Source of the DNA: a virus
Lineage: Duplodnaviria; Caudoviricetes
Direction: 5' to 3' (one strand)
Virus record (IMG/VR): IMGVR_UViG_3300028833_000071
DNA length: 64,000 nucleotides
Numbering within the stretch: the stretch's first letter is position 1; each line of letters opens with the position of its first letter. The position numbers were made by a program, and so were the translations under genes. Below, piece after piece: positions 1 through 10,112 of this stretch. The notes beneath the pieces were generated by a model that searched no databases, had not been told where the DNA came from, and saw only the letters and a program-made list of their open reading frames with translations.

Positions 1-293
1 AATGTAGCAATTTGTTGTTTAAGTTGTTCTATTTCAGTACTTAATTTATTCAACATTTGTGTTTGTTCCCAACTTCCGCCTTGTCCACCGTTATTATTGT
101 TATTACCATTACTACGATTACTTACAGCACCATTATACCCATCACTGAAATCTTGGTATGCATTTTTAACAGCACCCCATGCTTTTCCGAGCCCTGAAAA
201 GAAACCCTCGTTTTCCATTGCTTCTGAAAGTATTCTTTTAGTACTTTCGGCTATAAGTTGATTAAACTGTTCTTCTGTTAATCTATATTTCAT
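1..293 (-). CDS. Putative virion/internal head protein with shared N-terminal leader (partial, runs off window start)
   Basis: Hand translation from ATG at 293: MKYRLTEEQFNQLIAESTKRILSEAMENEG...; same leader as other small minus-strand genes; late motif at 315-324. Confidence 0.75.
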   Translation of the reverse strand, partial: MKYRLTEEQFNQLIAESTKRILSEAMENEGFFSGLGKAWGAVKNAYQDFSDGYNGAVSNRSNGNNNNNGGQGGSWEQTQMLNKLSTEIEQLKQQIAT

Positions 294-383
294 CTTTTTT
301 AAAAAAACTTTTTTAATAAATAGTTGAATATATTTAAAATTATTTACTTTATACCTTTAAATGTTATTTTTTAAGAAAAAAAT

Positions 384-608
384 ATGGAAAAAAAAGAAGA
401 TTTAACCAAATGTGGTTTAACAGAATTGATAGAACTTGAAAAAATTGCAAGAATTGTATGTATGAAGTATGAGAGTTCTTCAAAAAGTTATGACGGAACA
501 ATTATAAATAACGGAGAATATTCACTTTTTAATCTTTATAACACATTTAGAAATGATGTGATTAATGAGATGGAAAAGCGCATAAAAGATAAAATGGGTA
601 AAAAATGA
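384..608 (+). CDS. Hypothetical protein
   Basis: 74-aa ORF with A-rich start context, overlaps the next start. Confidence 0.6.
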   Translation: MEKKEDLTKCGLTELIELEKIARIVCMKYESSSKSYDGTIINNGEYSLFNLYNTFRNDVINEMEKRIKDKMGKK

Positions 609-1606
609 AAAAGAAGTATAATTTATTTAAAAGTGTGCTATTTGGCCTTAAACTTTTTTGGTATTCATTGCTTTATGGTATGGATAACGCCAATAAATTA
701 ATGTTTAATCAAAATGGTGACGTAATTGATAATGGTGTTCATCAAAATTTATCAAAGGGTGGTGTCATGGATGATTTGTTGGAGCAAAGGGTAACAAAAG
801 AAGTAGAAGAAATCCGTGAGAAACATTATAGAATTCTTAAGGAAGCCGATAAATATGACGCTTCAACAATTACAATGACATTTGATGAAGATGGAAATCC
901 AATATTTTCAAATACAGATTTTCTATTAAAGAAGACATATGCAGATTTTATGAAACATCCACCTGTTTACGAGACAGAAGATACCAAATTAAAAGTAATA
1001 CAAGACAATAAGATGTTTGAAAAAGAGGGAATACACATTCCCAGTGGAATATATGACTATGACACAATATTAACAATTGACCATGGAAATGTCATACCAA
1101 GATTCCAACTTGAAAAGTTTGTCACAAAAATGGCTGTTAGGGAACAAAGTAATCCAAATCGTGCTTTTGTCGATTTTTATATGCCCACACAAGCAAGTCA
1201 ATTTGGAAAAATAGACGCAATTTTAATATCCAATTTATTTACAATGTTTGAAACAAGAAACTTTAAATCAGATTTAATTGATTTTAAAGAAATTGAATGG
1301 GTGTCCAACAAGGCATGGAATTCAGAAGATATGTGTTTGTTTAAGTATGATGATATTAAAATGGTCGATATGAATGTTTTTGATGGAAGTTTTGTTCTTA
1401 CTTTTGATTGTAACATATTGTCAAATGGAAAATCCATTGTTGAAAAGTATATGACAAAAGAAATGGATGAAAAATACAATAAACTTGCACCAAAGAAAGA
1501 TGTTTTGGATTTTGGGGGATTGGGTGCATTGAAAAGACGAGATGATAAACTTAAGGAAATAGAAAAAGAGATAATAAATTTAGAAAATACAATAATTAAA
1601 GTATGA
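605..1606 (+). CDS. Hypothetical protein with N-terminal hydrophobic segment
   Basis: 333-aa ORF in an overlapping-gene operon. Confidence 0.7.
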   Translation: MKKKYNLFKSVLFGLKLFWYSLLYGMDNANKLMFNQNGDVIDNGVHQNLSKGGVMDDLLEQRVTKEVEEIREKHYRILKEADKYDASTITMTFDEDGNPIFSNTDFLLKKTYADFMKHPPVYETEDTKLKVIQDNKMFEKEGIHIPSGIYDYDTILTIDHGNVIPRFQLEKFVTKMAVREQSNPNRAFVDFYMPTQASQFGKIDAILISNLFTMFETRNFKSDLIDFKEIEWVSNKAWNSEDMCLFKYDDIKMVDMNVFDGSFVLTFDCNILSNGKSIVEKYMTKEMDEKYNKLAPKKDVLDFGGLGALKRRDDKLKEIEKEIINLENTIIKV

Positions 1607-2211
1607 GAATTGCAATAGACTTAAATGATGTCGTAAGAGATTTTTCAAATAATTTTTTAAGATATTATGTTGAAAAATACAATCATGAATTTGATTTGGA
1701 CGAATTTGAATTTTGGACAAACAAAATGAACGAACTTTTCCCTTTCAATAGTGAAGCAGCATATCATAATTTTATTTATAATGATTTTGCTTATGAATTA
1801 TATGGGAAGTGTGGTGTTTGCACCAAAAATTTGGAAACCGAATTAAATACATGGATGGAGAAGACGCTAAAGGACCTTGATTTGGATGAAAATGTTGAGG
1901 TTGTAATAGTTTCGCCAATGGAATATGGTTTATCAATTGGTAGTACACTTTTCTTTTTGTCCAAAATAGCTTGTAAGGCCCGTGAGATATTTTTCCCTAA
2001 AAATTCAGCCGAAATATGGGATAAATGTGATGTATTGATTACTGCTAATCCGGATTTAATCAATTTAAAACCTGAAGACAAGTATGTAATTAAAATAAAT
2101 GCAGAATATAATAAGGGCATACAATCAGATGAAGAATATTCAAGTTTAAGCTCTTTTATAAAAAATACAGATAATCTAATAAAAATAGTTAATAAATATG
2201 AAAAGATTTAA
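1603..2211 (+). CDS. HAD-superfamily 5'(3')-deoxyribonucleotidase-like protein
   Basis: N-terminal RIAIDLNDVVRDF resembles HAD motif I (DxDxV) of NT5C-type phage enzymes; second Asp is Asn. Confidence 0.6.
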   Translation: MRIAIDLNDVVRDFSNNFLRYYVEKYNHEFDLDEFEFWTNKMNELFPFNSEAAYHNFIYNDFAYELYGKCGVCTKNLETELNTWMEKTLKDLDLDENVEVVIVSPMEYGLSIGSTLFFLSKIACKAREIFFPKNSAEIWDKCDVLITANPDLINLKPEDKYVIKINAEYNKGIQSDEEYSSLSSFIKNTDNLIKIVNKYEKI

Positions 2212-2560
2212 GAACAAATATTTTGAATTTTGCGGTAAAAAGTACGCATTTGACCTTGCAAGACTTAAGGAAGTCTGTTTAACATCTTCAAAAGATGGTG
2301 TTAATAAAGAATATGAAATATCACACGCTTATGAACAAAATGAAGACGGTGATTTAGTATTATCGAACAAAGTTGAACATGAAACTAAAATTTTCGGCAA
2401 TCAGCAAAACGACATGATAATATATGATGTTGTTAAAGTTTTGGTTATTGCATTATTGGAAAATAATCAAGACGAAGATAATTTTGTGCTTGATTTTGGT
2501 ACTTGTTTAACGATTAACACCTTAATTAATTGGGGGATTTTAATTGAAATTGATGAATAA
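2198..2560 (+). CDS. Hypothetical protein
   Basis: 120-aa ORF in operon. Confidence 0.65.
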   Translation: MKRFKNKYFEFCGKKYAFDLARLKEVCLTSSKDGVNKEYEISHAYEQNEDGDLVLSNKVEHETKIFGNQQNDMIIYDVVKVLVIALLENNQDEDNFVLDFGTCLTINTLINWGILIEIDE

Positions 2561-2579
2561 TAGTAAAAAAAGAATATAA

Positions 2580-3686
2580 ATGGCAGAAATAACAAAAAGC
2601 GAAATGCTTAAAATAACCAATGAAAGTATTTCAAAATTAAAAAATAAAGAGTTTAAAGTTTTATTTTTTGTACTTGACACAAAAGGCAATCCCAATGGTT
2701 CGCTCGAATATATTTACCAAACAGCGTTGACATTGAAGAAACTTGGATATGATGTTGCAATGCTTCATCAAGAAAAGGAATTTATTGGTGTTGGCGGTTG
2801 GCTTGGGGAAGAATATGCTGAATTACCACATTATAACATTGAAAAACAGAATGTTAACATAACACCAAGTGATTTCTTGTTTATCCCTGAAATTTTTGCA
2901 AATGTAATGATACAAACAAAGAAATTACCATGTAAAAAAGTTGTTATAATTCAAAATTACAGTAACATATGCGAATTTATGCCACCACATTTAACTCCAA
3001 CAAGTTTAGGTATAACAGACGCTATTGTAACAACAAATGAGCAGGTTAAGAGAATAAAGGAATATTTTCCTGATTTAAGATGCCATGTTGTTTCACCTTC
3101 AATAAGAAAGATGTTCAGAAATAATGAGGCACCTAGAAAACTAGTCATTAATATTTTAGCAAAGAATCAATCGCATTACAATCAAATAATGAAACTGTTT
3201 TATTGGAAGAATCCGTTATATAAATGGGTTTCATTTAGAGATTTACGTGGTTTGCCACAAGATATGTTCTGTGAGGCATTGAGAGAGAGCACATTTACCA
3301 TATGGATGGATGATGAGACAAAATTTGGATATAATATTTTAGAAGCAATTAAATGTGGAAATATTGTTGTGGCCAAGGCACCAATTCATCCGACCGACTG
3401 GATGTTGGATAAAAATGGAGAATTAACTGATTCAGTTTTATGGTTTAATGAGATTGAAGACATACCTGATTTGCTCCCTTCGGTTATAAACAGTTGGATG
3501 CTAGATTCAATTCCTGAAGAAATCTATGAAAAGCAAAATAAATTATCGGATTTATATACCGAAGAAAATCAGGAAAAAGAAATTAATGATGTTTATGTCA
3601 ATGGACTTTTCAAGAAACGTTTGACTGATTTTGAAGAGGTTTTAGTTGATGTTGAAAATAATGTTTTTAAAACAAAAGAAGAGTAA
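2580..3686 (+). CDS. Glycosyltransferase, GT-B/GT4-like
   Basis: N-terminal GNPNGS..YIYQ..LxxLGYDV; C-terminal DETKFGYNILEAIKCGNIVV resembles the E-x7-E nucleotide-sugar motif. Confidence 0.7.
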   Translation: MAEITKSEMLKITNESISKLKNKEFKVLFFVLDTKGNPNGSLEYIYQTALTLKKLGYDVAMLHQEKEFIGVGGWLGEEYAELPHYNIEKQNVNITPSDFLFIPEIFANVMIQTKKLPCKKVVIIQNYSNICEFMPPHLTPTSLGITDAIVTTNEQVKRIKEYFPDLRCHVVSPSIRKMFRNNEAPRKLVINILAKNQSHYNQIMKLFYWKNPLYKWVSFRDLRGLPQDMFCEALRESTFTIWMDDETKFGYNILEAIKCGNIVVAKAPIHPTDWMLDKNGELTDSVLWFNEIEDIPDLLPSVINSWMLDSIPEEIYEKQNKLSDLYTEENQEKEINDVYVNGLFKKRLTDFEEVLVDVENNVFKTKEE

Positions 3687-4453
3687 TGAAAGATTTAACG
3701 ATAATTATACCATTAAAGTCATATAATGAGAATGTTACCAAATTATTGAACCGTGCAATTGAAAGTTGTGGCGATAATAAAATCATATTGGTTGGTAAAG
3801 ATGTTTATGAATTTTCAAATGATAAGGGGAAAGACATACAAGTTATAAATATGTCACAAGAAAATTCATATCAACATAATGTTAACATTGCCATTGATAG
3901 TGTTGAAACAAAATATTTTTCGGTACTTGAGTATGATGACATCTATTCAAAGAAATGGTTCGACAATGTAGAAAAAGAGATTGAATATGATACAAATGAC
4001 ACTTCTGCGTTTTTGCCGTTGACAATGGTGGCAGAATATGACGAGGATGAAAATAACACAAGCAGATTACTGGGTTATTCAAATGAGGCTTTTTGGTCAT
4101 CATCTTTTTCAGAAGAAATAGGATGCGTTGATGCTGAATCATTAGAAAATTATTTGGGCTTTAATGTTTCAGGTGCTGTATTTAAAACAAATGATTTTGT
4201 TTCGCTTGGTAAATTAAAAGAATCCATGAAATTGGTATTTTGGTATGAGTATTTACTGAGAGCAATCCATGAGGGTAAACGCATTTATGTTATACCAAAG
4301 ATTGGCTATTATCATTTTGTTGGTAGAAAAGATAGTATGACATACGAATATCAAGAGACAATGACAGAAAAAGAAGCCGACTGGTGGGTTGAGTTAGCAA
4401 AGAAAGAATTTTACTTTAAAAAAGATAGAAATAAGGTCTATACTGAAGAATAA
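3686..4453 (+). CDS. Glycosyltransferase family 2 (GT-A)
   Basis: LTIIIP start, AIES, FSVLEYDD (DxD-like), IYVIPKIGYYH. Confidence 0.75.
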   Translation: MKDLTIIIPLKSYNENVTKLLNRAIESCGDNKIILVGKDVYEFSNDKGKDIQVINMSQENSYQHNVNIAIDSVETKYFSVLEYDDIYSKKWFDNVEKEIEYDTNDTSAFLPLTMVAEYDEDENNTSRLLGYSNEAFWSSSFSEEIGCVDAESLENYLGFNVSGAVFKTNDFVSLGKLKESMKLVFWYEYLLRAIHEGKRIYVIPKIGYYHFVGRKDSMTYEYQETMTEKEADWWVELAKKEFYFKKDRNKVYTEE

Positions 4454-4602
4454 CAATAATGATGCATACAGAAATGGGGTAGAAATACCCCATTTAAACA
4501 TCTTAGGAAGACTCTTATGAATTTTTGAGTAAAAATACGGAAAGTACATTTTTAATGTAGATTTAGATGTTTTGCTGAGTTTTTGGAAAAAATTTAGCGG
4601 AA

Positions 4603-5490
4603 ATGGGAAAAAGAGGAAGAAAACCAAAAGAGAAAAAGGGTTATTTTTATGATACAGAGGAAAATGCAATAGTTCAATATATAAATGAAACTAATTTATT
4701 GGAGAAAAACAGAATTTTTAATAAAGTTCTGTATCCTGCATTAACAAAAATGATTGAATCAATCATTAGGCGTTATAAACTGTTTGTACCTGACGAAGAA
4801 TTCGAACAGAATTTTAGTGACACAATTTCGTACTTATTAACTAAATTAAACCACTTTAAGCCTGAAATATATTGTTATGACCCGTATACAGGTGATACTG
4901 AAAATATAAAGTTTACCGAAATCAGCGAAAGTGATTATAATGATAAAATTAAAGGTGCAGATGAAGAAGACCCTGAATTTATCCATGTAGATTTCGAAGA
5001 AGAACAAGGTGACAGTAATTTCAGAAAAGTTTTGCACAAATATAAGGCTTATTCTTATTGTGGCACTATTTGTAGAAATTATTTGATGTATAAGTGTTCG
5101 CAATACGCAAAAAAGAAACTAAGAAATTCTTCATATGAGGATATATATGAATCAATAAACAACGATGAGAAATTCTCGACAGAAGAAGATAGTTTTAGTA
5201 CACATGCAGAAGTATTAGTTAAGGGTATAACAAATGAGATAAAAAATATGATAGACAATAGAGAAATTTTTGGCTTAACTGATAGCGAGATAAAGGTTGG
5301 GACATCATTAATAAATCTTTTAAAGAATTGGGAAAAAGTATTACCGAATGAGGGTAGTAAAAAGTTACAGAAATCTTCAATACTTTATTTTTTGAGAGAA
5401 GATACCATGATGACAACTAAAGAATTAAGGGACAACATGAAATGTTTTAGAAATGTTTATTATTTCCTTAAAGAGAATGAAATAAAATAA
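4603..5490 (+). CDS. Putative late-transcription sigma factor (T4 gp55-like)
   Basis: YF...E.AIVQY, ALTKMIESII and KAYSYCGTICRNYL resemble region 2 of gp55-type phage sigma factors; contains an acidic insertion. Confidence 0.55.
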   Translation: MGKRGRKPKEKKGYFYDTEENAIVQYINETNLLEKNRIFNKVLYPALTKMIESIIRRYKLFVPDEEFEQNFSDTISYLLTKLNHFKPEIYCYDPYTGDTENIKFTEISESDYNDKIKGADEEDPEFIHVDFEEEQGDSNFRKVLHKYKAYSYCGTICRNYLMYKCSQYAKKKLRNSSYEDIYESINNDEKFSTEEDSFSTHAEVLVKGITNEIKNMIDNREIFGLTDSEIKVGTSLINLLKNWEKVLPNEGSKKLQKSSILYFLREDTMMTTKELRDNMKCFRNVYYFLKENEIK

Positions 5491-5513
5491 GGTGGTTAGA
5501 TATTTCACTAAAA

Positions 5514-5523
5514 ACTATTTATA
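5514..5523 (+). promoter_or_regulatory. Putative late promoter motif ACTATTTATA
   Basis: 14 bp upstream of ATG 5538; same motif precedes about 25 genes. Confidence 0.7.
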
Positions 5524-5537
5524 ATAAAAATTAGAGC

Positions 5538-5942
5538 ATGGAAGTTAAAAGATATAAAGTCAGATTAAATTCTGTTGAAAAAATAGAAGAATTGCTTCAA
5601 GAGATATACGACCAAGCTTGTAGGCAAATTAACGAAATACAAAACGAAATCAACAAACTCGTTAATTCAACCAATATGGGCGAAGATGGTTTTTCTATCG
5701 ATGCAAAGGCCACATATGCAAAATCAATACATGATTTCATCGGCGACAAACAAAAGGCTATTGCAGCCAAATTTGAAGTCGCCAAATTTATGGGTGAGAT
5801 TTTAAAGCATAACGGTGACGCAATGGCAACGGTTAATGATAAAAATTATAAGAAAAGGACTTCATTAAACCTTAATGAGATAAAAAATATGCTTGATGAA
5901 GACAATGATGGCTCAATAACATATGACCTTAAGAAAAATTAA
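5538..5942 (+). CDS. Hypothetical coiled-coil late protein
   Basis: 134-aa helical ORF after late motif. Confidence 0.7.
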   Translation: MEVKRYKVRLNSVEKIEELLQEIYDQACRQINEIQNEINKLVNSTNMGEDGFSIDAKATYAKSIHDFIGDKQKAIAAKFEVAKFMGEILKHNGDAMATVNDKNYKKRTSLNLNEIKNMLDEDNDGSITYDLKKN

Positions 5943-5947
5943 AAAAC

Positions 5948-8542
5948 ATGAATCAGACTGACAGGGTATTAAGCAACATAGGGGCAATAAGGACATTGCT
6001 TGAAAATTTTCCAATGGGATTATTCGAGAGAGACGGAAAAACTTATACTTCCGCCTTTGAATTTATTATGGATGTGCTTAAAGCGGTTGGTATAGACCCT
6101 AAGGAGTTGTTATCATATTTAATTGGTAAAATATATGGGTTTGAAGGTAAAATTGCTTATACAATTGATGGACTATATGAAAGTATAAGTAACGGGGACC
6201 TTAATGTTGACATGCAAAATCCATTTATTGAAGGCTTGGAATATTCAATAAAAGGTATTTTAATGGCTTTGTTTACAAGTATTTTTACTTGTTCGGCTTT
6301 ACCAATTTTAGATACTGAACTTTTTGATTATGACGCTCTTGAACCTCTTATGGGAGACGACGCAGAAAAAACAAAAAGAACTAATGATAATGATAAAAAT
6401 AAATTAAAAATTCCTGTTTCTTCAATTGATTTATTAGGGATGTTATCTATTTCGCCGTCAACAAAAGAGGGCTCTTTATATTATTTAACGGACGGAACTG
6501 ATAAATATTATCATAAGGAATATGTAACAGAATCAAAGATTGAAAGTGCACATACACAAGTGATTGCAGGTGAATCTTATTCAGCAATAACAAGTTTATA
6601 TGAAAAAGAATATTTGGTGAATTTTGAATATATGTTTCCAAATATGTATTTTGAAATTAATGAGCATGACATAAATACTGATACAATACAGTCAGCAGGA
6701 GCACCAATTGATTTAGAAATAAAAGTTAATTATTTAACTGGAGAGTGTGATAGTGAAGAAACAACAACTTTTAAAATAGATAAAGGCCAAGATTGTTCTG
6801 AAGGCCAAACCATACAATCTGTTATGATAAAAACGGGCTTAAGTGGTGAGGTTTATTATTATCCAACAGAAATTGTCAGTATAACGATTAATGGTAATAA
6901 ACAAGGGTGTGAAGTTGGAAATGAGGAAGACGGTACTAATTCATGGATATATTTAACAGCAACAAATGGCGAAGTGAATAATTGGGAAGAAAGTGGTGAA
7001 ACAATTGATTTGGAAATCTTTGGCGATTCAAGAGCGGATGAAAAAAAGATAGTTGTTAAAACAGCAGACCATACAGGCTCTTATGATTGTGAGATTGAAA
7101 CAACAGCATCATGGTATACATATAAACTTTTAGAAGACCCCAAAGAGGCCCAAGATGTAATTAGAAGTACTTATGTACCTGATAATGTATATGATACAGA
7201 CCCTGAATATATTGTGTGCTATGAAGGCGTAAATCCAAATCTTGTTTATCGTTCAAATGACATGAACGCATTTTTATGGTATTCATTAAATAAAGGTAGT
7301 GTGGTAAACCAACAAGAAGAAAACCATCTAATGTGGGATAGCCGTTTAACAGCTGCTAAAAAGGGGATTGTCCGTAACGGTGGCGACTGGAATATTTGGT
7401 ATTCTTCAAAATCAGAAGAAGGCGGAGAGTTTGAATATAACGAAAACCCTGAAACTGAAGTGTTATACCCAATTATACAGGTTGAACGTTATGATGAAGA
7501 TAATTTCTTATTGAGATTTCCTTCCCAAAGATATTACAAGCCTAAAAAGCGTAAGAAAATATATGATGGTACATATGAACATGGTAGTGATTTTGGACAA
7601 TACTTTAATTCAAGTATTTATCGTTTTGATTGGGAATATCTTAAGAATATACAAATACTTAATCCTAAATTATTGCTTGTAAGATTATTGGAATCGCTTA
7701 TAGGATTTGCTATGGATACACCTTCAAGTGTAAAATTTGATTTTAATAAAAAAAGGATAGAAGCAGTTATTGCTAAAGCCATTAAATCCATTATAACTGC
7801 CAATGATATGGAAATAGAGGATTGTTGGAAATCATTTTCAAATGAAGATTATAATGATTTATTGGAAGAAATGCTGTTAAGTAGATATCAAGCTACAAGA
7901 AGTGATGATGAATCGGTTAGAATTAGAGTACACGATGTTAATGATTATATAAACCAATTGGACCAAATAAATCAAAACACCTCTTCACAAGGTACGACAT
8001 CAATGATTACAAAAACAGTCACCAATGTGATGATGACAGAAGGTTCTGATGAAAAAACTGAATATAGTTTTGATTTTGGATTTGATTCAAATATGTACCA
8101 AAAACTTATATGGGCTATTGTTATGCCTATTGCTGAATCCTTGTTTACACCACAAGTAATGCTTTTAATGATGATTAATTTCCAAATGCTTGGTATTGTG
8201 AAGATTGACGAGGCTTTAGGTAACGATTTCACTAAAATTCTTAATTTAGTTATAAATAAAATTTTAGGCTTGATTAAATCAATTGTAATTTATATTAAAG
8301 ATAAGATATTACAGTTGTTACTTGATTTGTTTTATGAGAAAGTTATGCCAATGTTAACCGAGATGATGCTTATGCTTTATCTTGAAATGATTACCGATTG
8401 GCTTATTATATTGCTTAATTCAGTGAAATGCTTACCATTAATGATAGGTCTTGAAATTGAAAGAACTGGCGGCATTGACGAAGTTGATTATGCTGATATT
8501 GTAAACGAGCAGAATATACCTGAAAGCTCATCAGAGTGTTAA
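5948..8542 (+). CDS. Large putative virion (tail/baseplate-region) protein
   Basis: 864-aa ORF in late operon upstream of gp5-like gene; hydrophobic helical C-terminus. Confidence 0.55.
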   Translation: MNQTDRVLSNIGAIRTLLENFPMGLFERDGKTYTSAFEFIMDVLKAVGIDPKELLSYLIGKIYGFEGKIAYTIDGLYESISNGDLNVDMQNPFIEGLEYSIKGILMALFTSIFTCSALPILDTELFDYDALEPLMGDDAEKTKRTNDNDKNKLKIPVSSIDLLGMLSISPSTKEGSLYYLTDGTDKYYHKEYVTESKIESAHTQVIAGESYSAITSLYEKEYLVNFEYMFPNMYFEINEHDINTDTIQSAGAPIDLEIKVNYLTGECDSEETTTFKIDKGQDCSEGQTIQSVMIKTGLSGEVYYYPTEIVSITINGNKQGCEVGNEEDGTNSWIYLTATNGEVNNWEESGETIDLEIFGDSRADEKKIVVKTADHTGSYDCEIETTASWYTYKLLEDPKEAQDVIRSTYVPDNVYDTDPEYIVCYEGVNPNLVYRSNDMNAFLWYSLNKGSVVNQQEENHLMWDSRLTAAKKGIVRNGGDWNIWYSSKSEEGGEFEYNENPETEVLYPIIQVERYDEDNFLLRFPSQRYYKPKKRKKIYDGTYEHGSDFGQYFNSSIYRFDWEYLKNIQILNPKLLLVRLLESLIGFAMDTPSSVKFDFNKKRIEAVIAKAIKSIITANDMEIEDCWKSFSNEDYNDLLEEMLLSRYQATRSDDESVRIRVHDVNDYINQLDQINQNTSSQGTTSMITKTVTNVMMTEGSDEKTEYSFDFGFDSNMYQKLIWAIVMPIAESLFTPQVMLLMMINFQMLGIVKIDEALGNDFTKILNLVINKILGLIKSIVIYIKDKILQLLLDLFYEKVMPMLTEMMLMLYLEMITDWLIILLNSVKCLPLMIGLEIERTGGIDEVDYADIVNEQNIPESSSEC

Positions 8543-8570
8543 TAATAATTAAGATAAAATTTAAATATCC

Positions 8571-8963
8571 ATGAATATATCGGGTGTAATAGATACAATT
8601 ACAAAAGCATTGGAAAATACAAGAGTACCTGTGAACATTTTACCACCATTGTTATTAAGGTGTACTTCTTTAATGAGGACGGGCTTATCGGCGTATAAGA
8701 TAACATCACAGATAATTCAAAACAATAAACTTATTGGTATTCCAACAGATGAGAATCCGGATGGGACAACTAACTTAATAAATGCATATACATATAATGT
8801 GGTAAGAGCAATGGTTGATGCGTTAAAAAATGATGCGGCGGTTCAAGTGGCAGTACCGGCTAATAGCGTTCTTGTTGAAGTTGAAGGCGGTAATGCTGGC
8901 GGCCCGTTTACTGCAATTGGAAGAAATATATTAAATTCAATAGCAACAGGAATAATGCAATAA
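8571..8963 (+). CDS. Hypothetical late protein
   Basis: 130-aa ORF with Gly-rich C-terminus (GGNAGGP). Confidence 0.65.
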   Translation: MNISGVIDTITKALENTRVPVNILPPLLLRCTSLMRTGLSAYKITSQIIQNNKLIGIPTDENPDGTTNLINAYTYNVVRAMVDALKNDAAVQVAVPANSVLVEVEGGNAGGPFTAIGRNILNSIATGIMQ

Positions 8964-8976
8964 TTAAAGAAGAAAC

Positions 8977-9159
8977 ATGAATAGAACTGATTATAATAAT
9001 ATGTCAAATATGGAGTTAAAACTTTGTATTGAGACATTACAGAATGAATTTGAAGCCAAAAAAGCAGAAATAGTAAAAATTTGTGAAGAATTGGAAGAAA
9101 TACAGAGAAAATACAATGATGTAAACAACGAAATAAATCTTAGACAAAATATATTTTAA
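8977..9159 (+). CDS. Small coiled-coil protein
   Basis: 60-aa heptad-rich ORF in operon. Confidence 0.6.
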   Translation: MNRTDYNNMSNMELKLCIETLQNEFEAKKAEIVKICEELEEIQRKYNDVNNEINLRQNIF

Positions 9160-9161
9160 AA

Positions 9162-10079
9162 ATGGCTAAAATAAAAGGCGTTAGATATTGTAAGGTTATT
9201 GCTGTAAACGAAAAGTATAGTTCTTCGGGTGAAACTGACATGGATTTAATTAAAGTCAGAATATCGCCTGAAGACGATGGCATATCTGATGATAAAATAC
9301 CATGGGCTTTTCCTCTTTTACCTAAAATGTTACATGTAAAACCAAAATTCGGTGAAGGTGTTTTTGTACTTTTGACTGATTTAGGTCATTCAACAAGCCA
9401 AAGATACTATATTGGGCCTGTTATTTCACAAGACCATCGTATATTTAAGGATGATGCCAATTATGCAACTTCATTTATGCGCGGTACTGCATTTAAACCT
9501 GATATAGCCCCAAGCACAAAACCTGAATGTAATGGTATTTTACCAAATGACGATGATGTTGTTTTAAGGGGTAGGAAAAATGCGGATTTGCAAATCACTG
9601 ATGATGATGTAAGAATTAAAGCAGGTGTTAAACTCGTAAATGAAACTGACCATTATGATATGAAATTCAATGAACAAGACCCTGCTTATATTAAAATTAA
9701 ATATCATCCGAATGGAATTGTTACAGAAGGAAATGCTAAAAGCGGCGATACTCAGGTTAGAAGTACAGTAACTCTTGTCGGAGACAAAATTAATTTATTA
9801 CAAAATAATTCAAAAGAAGAGAAATTTGTTACCACCGATAGAAAAGATTTAATTACCGATGAAGAATTAAAACGTGCCATGGATGAAGCCTATAAACTTC
9901 CATATGGTGAAAAACTGGTTGATATTTTATCAACTTTTATTGATGCATTTATAAAACATACGCACCCATTTCCAATGTTACCACCTTGTGACGCAAGTGG
10001 TTTACCTGAACTTAAGGAGAAAAAGACCATGTATCTTGATGACGGAAAATTATTGTCAGATACAGTTAGAATAAACTAA
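9162..10079 (+). CDS. Baseplate hub/central spike protein (gp5/gpV-like OB-fold)
   Basis: IKVRI...PWAFPLLP...PKFGEGVFVL OB-fold pattern, LRGRKNADL, C-terminal HTHP metal-binding tip motif. Confidence 0.65.
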   Translation: MAKIKGVRYCKVIAVNEKYSSSGETDMDLIKVRISPEDDGISDDKIPWAFPLLPKMLHVKPKFGEGVFVLLTDLGHSTSQRYYIGPVISQDHRIFKDDANYATSFMRGTAFKPDIAPSTKPECNGILPNDDDVVLRGRKNADLQITDDDVRIKAGVKLVNETDHYDMKFNEQDPAYIKIKYHPNGIVTEGNAKSGDTQVRSTVTLVGDKINLLQNNSKEEKFVTTDRKDLITDEELKRAMDEAYKLPYGEKLVDILSTFIDAFIKHTHPFPMLPPCDASGLPELKEKKTMYLDDGKLLSDTVRIN

Positions 10080-10083
10080 AAAG

Positions 10084-10111
10084 AAAAGGCCGCTTTAATA
10101 ACGGCCTTTTT
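10084..10111. terminator. Bidirectional intrinsic terminator
   Basis: AAAAGGCCG-loop-CGGCCTTTT between convergent genes. Confidence 0.8.
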
Positions 10112-10112
10112 G

